From Phoronis australis (lineage: Eukaryota; Animalia; Phoronida), in the NCBI GenBank assembly GCA_002633005.1, contig NMRA01000452.1:328021-367313 (forward strand): 39,293 nucleotides of DNA, written 5' to 3'. Positions 38,269-39,293 of this stretch are shown in pieces. The first letter of the stretch is position 1, and each line of letters begins with the position of its first letter. The notes beneath the pieces are model-generated. The model did no database searches and was not told the DNA's origin. It saw only the letters and a list, made by a program, of their open reading frames with translations. The position numbers and the translations under genes are program-made.

Positions 38269-39293
38269 TTACATAATTAAAGTCTCTCCTTGTGTTTCTG
38301 CAATGTTAACGTGGTCTTCTTCACCAAATAATCTTTTGGTGATGCCCAGTGATTGAGTGCAGTAGTCCACAGCTTCATTCAGTTCATCCATTTTTAGATA
38401 AACCTCACTGTTGATAATACTGTAGTGCCGAGACATAATCACTTGAGTTGTTGTATGCACCGCCAACGTAACTTAAAGAAGACGCAATGTCGGGATGGTC
38501 AACGTCGCCATATATCCTCTTCCACATTTCCAGTGACTCATGATAATACTGTAGTGCCGAGACATAATCACTTGAGTTGTTGTATGCACCGCCAACGTAA
38601 CTTAAAGAAGACGCAATGTCGGGATGGTCAACGTCGCCATATATCCTCTTCCTCATTTCCAATGACTCTTGATAGTACTGTAGGGCCGAAGCATGATCTT
38701 TTGAGTTGTTGTATGCACCGCCAACGTTACTTCAAGAAGACGCAATGTCGGGATGGCCAACGTTACCATATATCCTCTTTCTCATATTCAGTGAGTCTTG
38801 CAAATACTGTTTTGCCAAGACATGATCACTTGATTGGTTGTATGAATCGCCAACGTTACTTAAAGAAGACGCAATGTCGGGATGGTCAACGTCGCCATAT
38901 ATCCTCTTTCTCATTTTCAGTGACTCTTGCGAATACTGTAGTGCCGAAGCATGATCTTTTGAGTTGTTGTATGCATCGCCAACGTTACTTAAAGAAGACG
39001 CAATGTCGGCATGATCAACGTTACCATATATCCTCTTCCTCATTTTCAGTGACTCTTGATAATACTGTAGTGCCAAGACAGCATCACTAGAATTGTTGTA
39101 TGCACTGCCAATGTCACTTAAACAAGACCCAATGTCGGGATGGTCAACGTCGCCATATATCCTCTATCTTATTTTCAGAGGCTCTTGCAAATACTGTATT
39201 GCCAAGACATGGGCGCTAGAATTGTTGTATGCACCACCAACGTTACATAAAGAAGACGCAATGTCGGGATGGTCAACGTCGCCATATATCCTC
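38269..39293 (-). pseudogene. Disrupted 3' end of a paralogous 43-aa TPR-array gene (5'-partial)
   Basis: Seven units (starts 39274 to 38500, 129-bp period). In-frame TAG at 39164-39166 (Lys position) and TGA at 38732-38734 (Leu position). A frameshift near 38410 puts the cap SEVYLKMDELNEAVDYCTQSLGITKRLFGEEDHVNIAETQ out of frame. Confidence 0.82.

Noticed and set aside
38732-38734. TGA as selenocysteine or programmed readthrough
   Set aside because: It replaces a conserved Leu codon (TTA) and comes with a TAG and a frameshift, which fits ordinary decay.

Overview
AT-rich, repeat-dense eukaryotic DNA, most likely an invertebrate animal (GT-AG introns, LINE and DNA-transposon debris, one N at 13030). 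The main feature is a minus-strand spliced gene that the ORF track misses because it runs off the left edge. My model is an ATG exon (14165-14120), three tandem 159-nt phase-1/1 exons (6424-6266, 5576-5418, 4604-4446) and one large exon (3403 to <1) with no stop. The protein is over 1300 aa: an acidic N-terminus, a GlnD/DUF294-type Pol-beta nucleotidyltransferase (GSLGRGEVTPYSDLE) with a helical partner domain, then degenerate TPRs and an array of near-identical 43-aa (129-bp) TPRs whose variation clusters on one helix face. A second array of the same repeat at the right edge (38269-39293, same strand) has two in-frame stops and a frameshift. Between them lie MITEs, Academ-like, Gypsy and LINE fragments, a ~140-bp tandem repeat with an inverted copy, and an old colinear segmental duplication. 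The best novelty candidate is the NTase plus variable-TPR locus, possibly a sensor-enzyme diversified by repeat shuffling. Family assignments come from motif recognition, not database searches.
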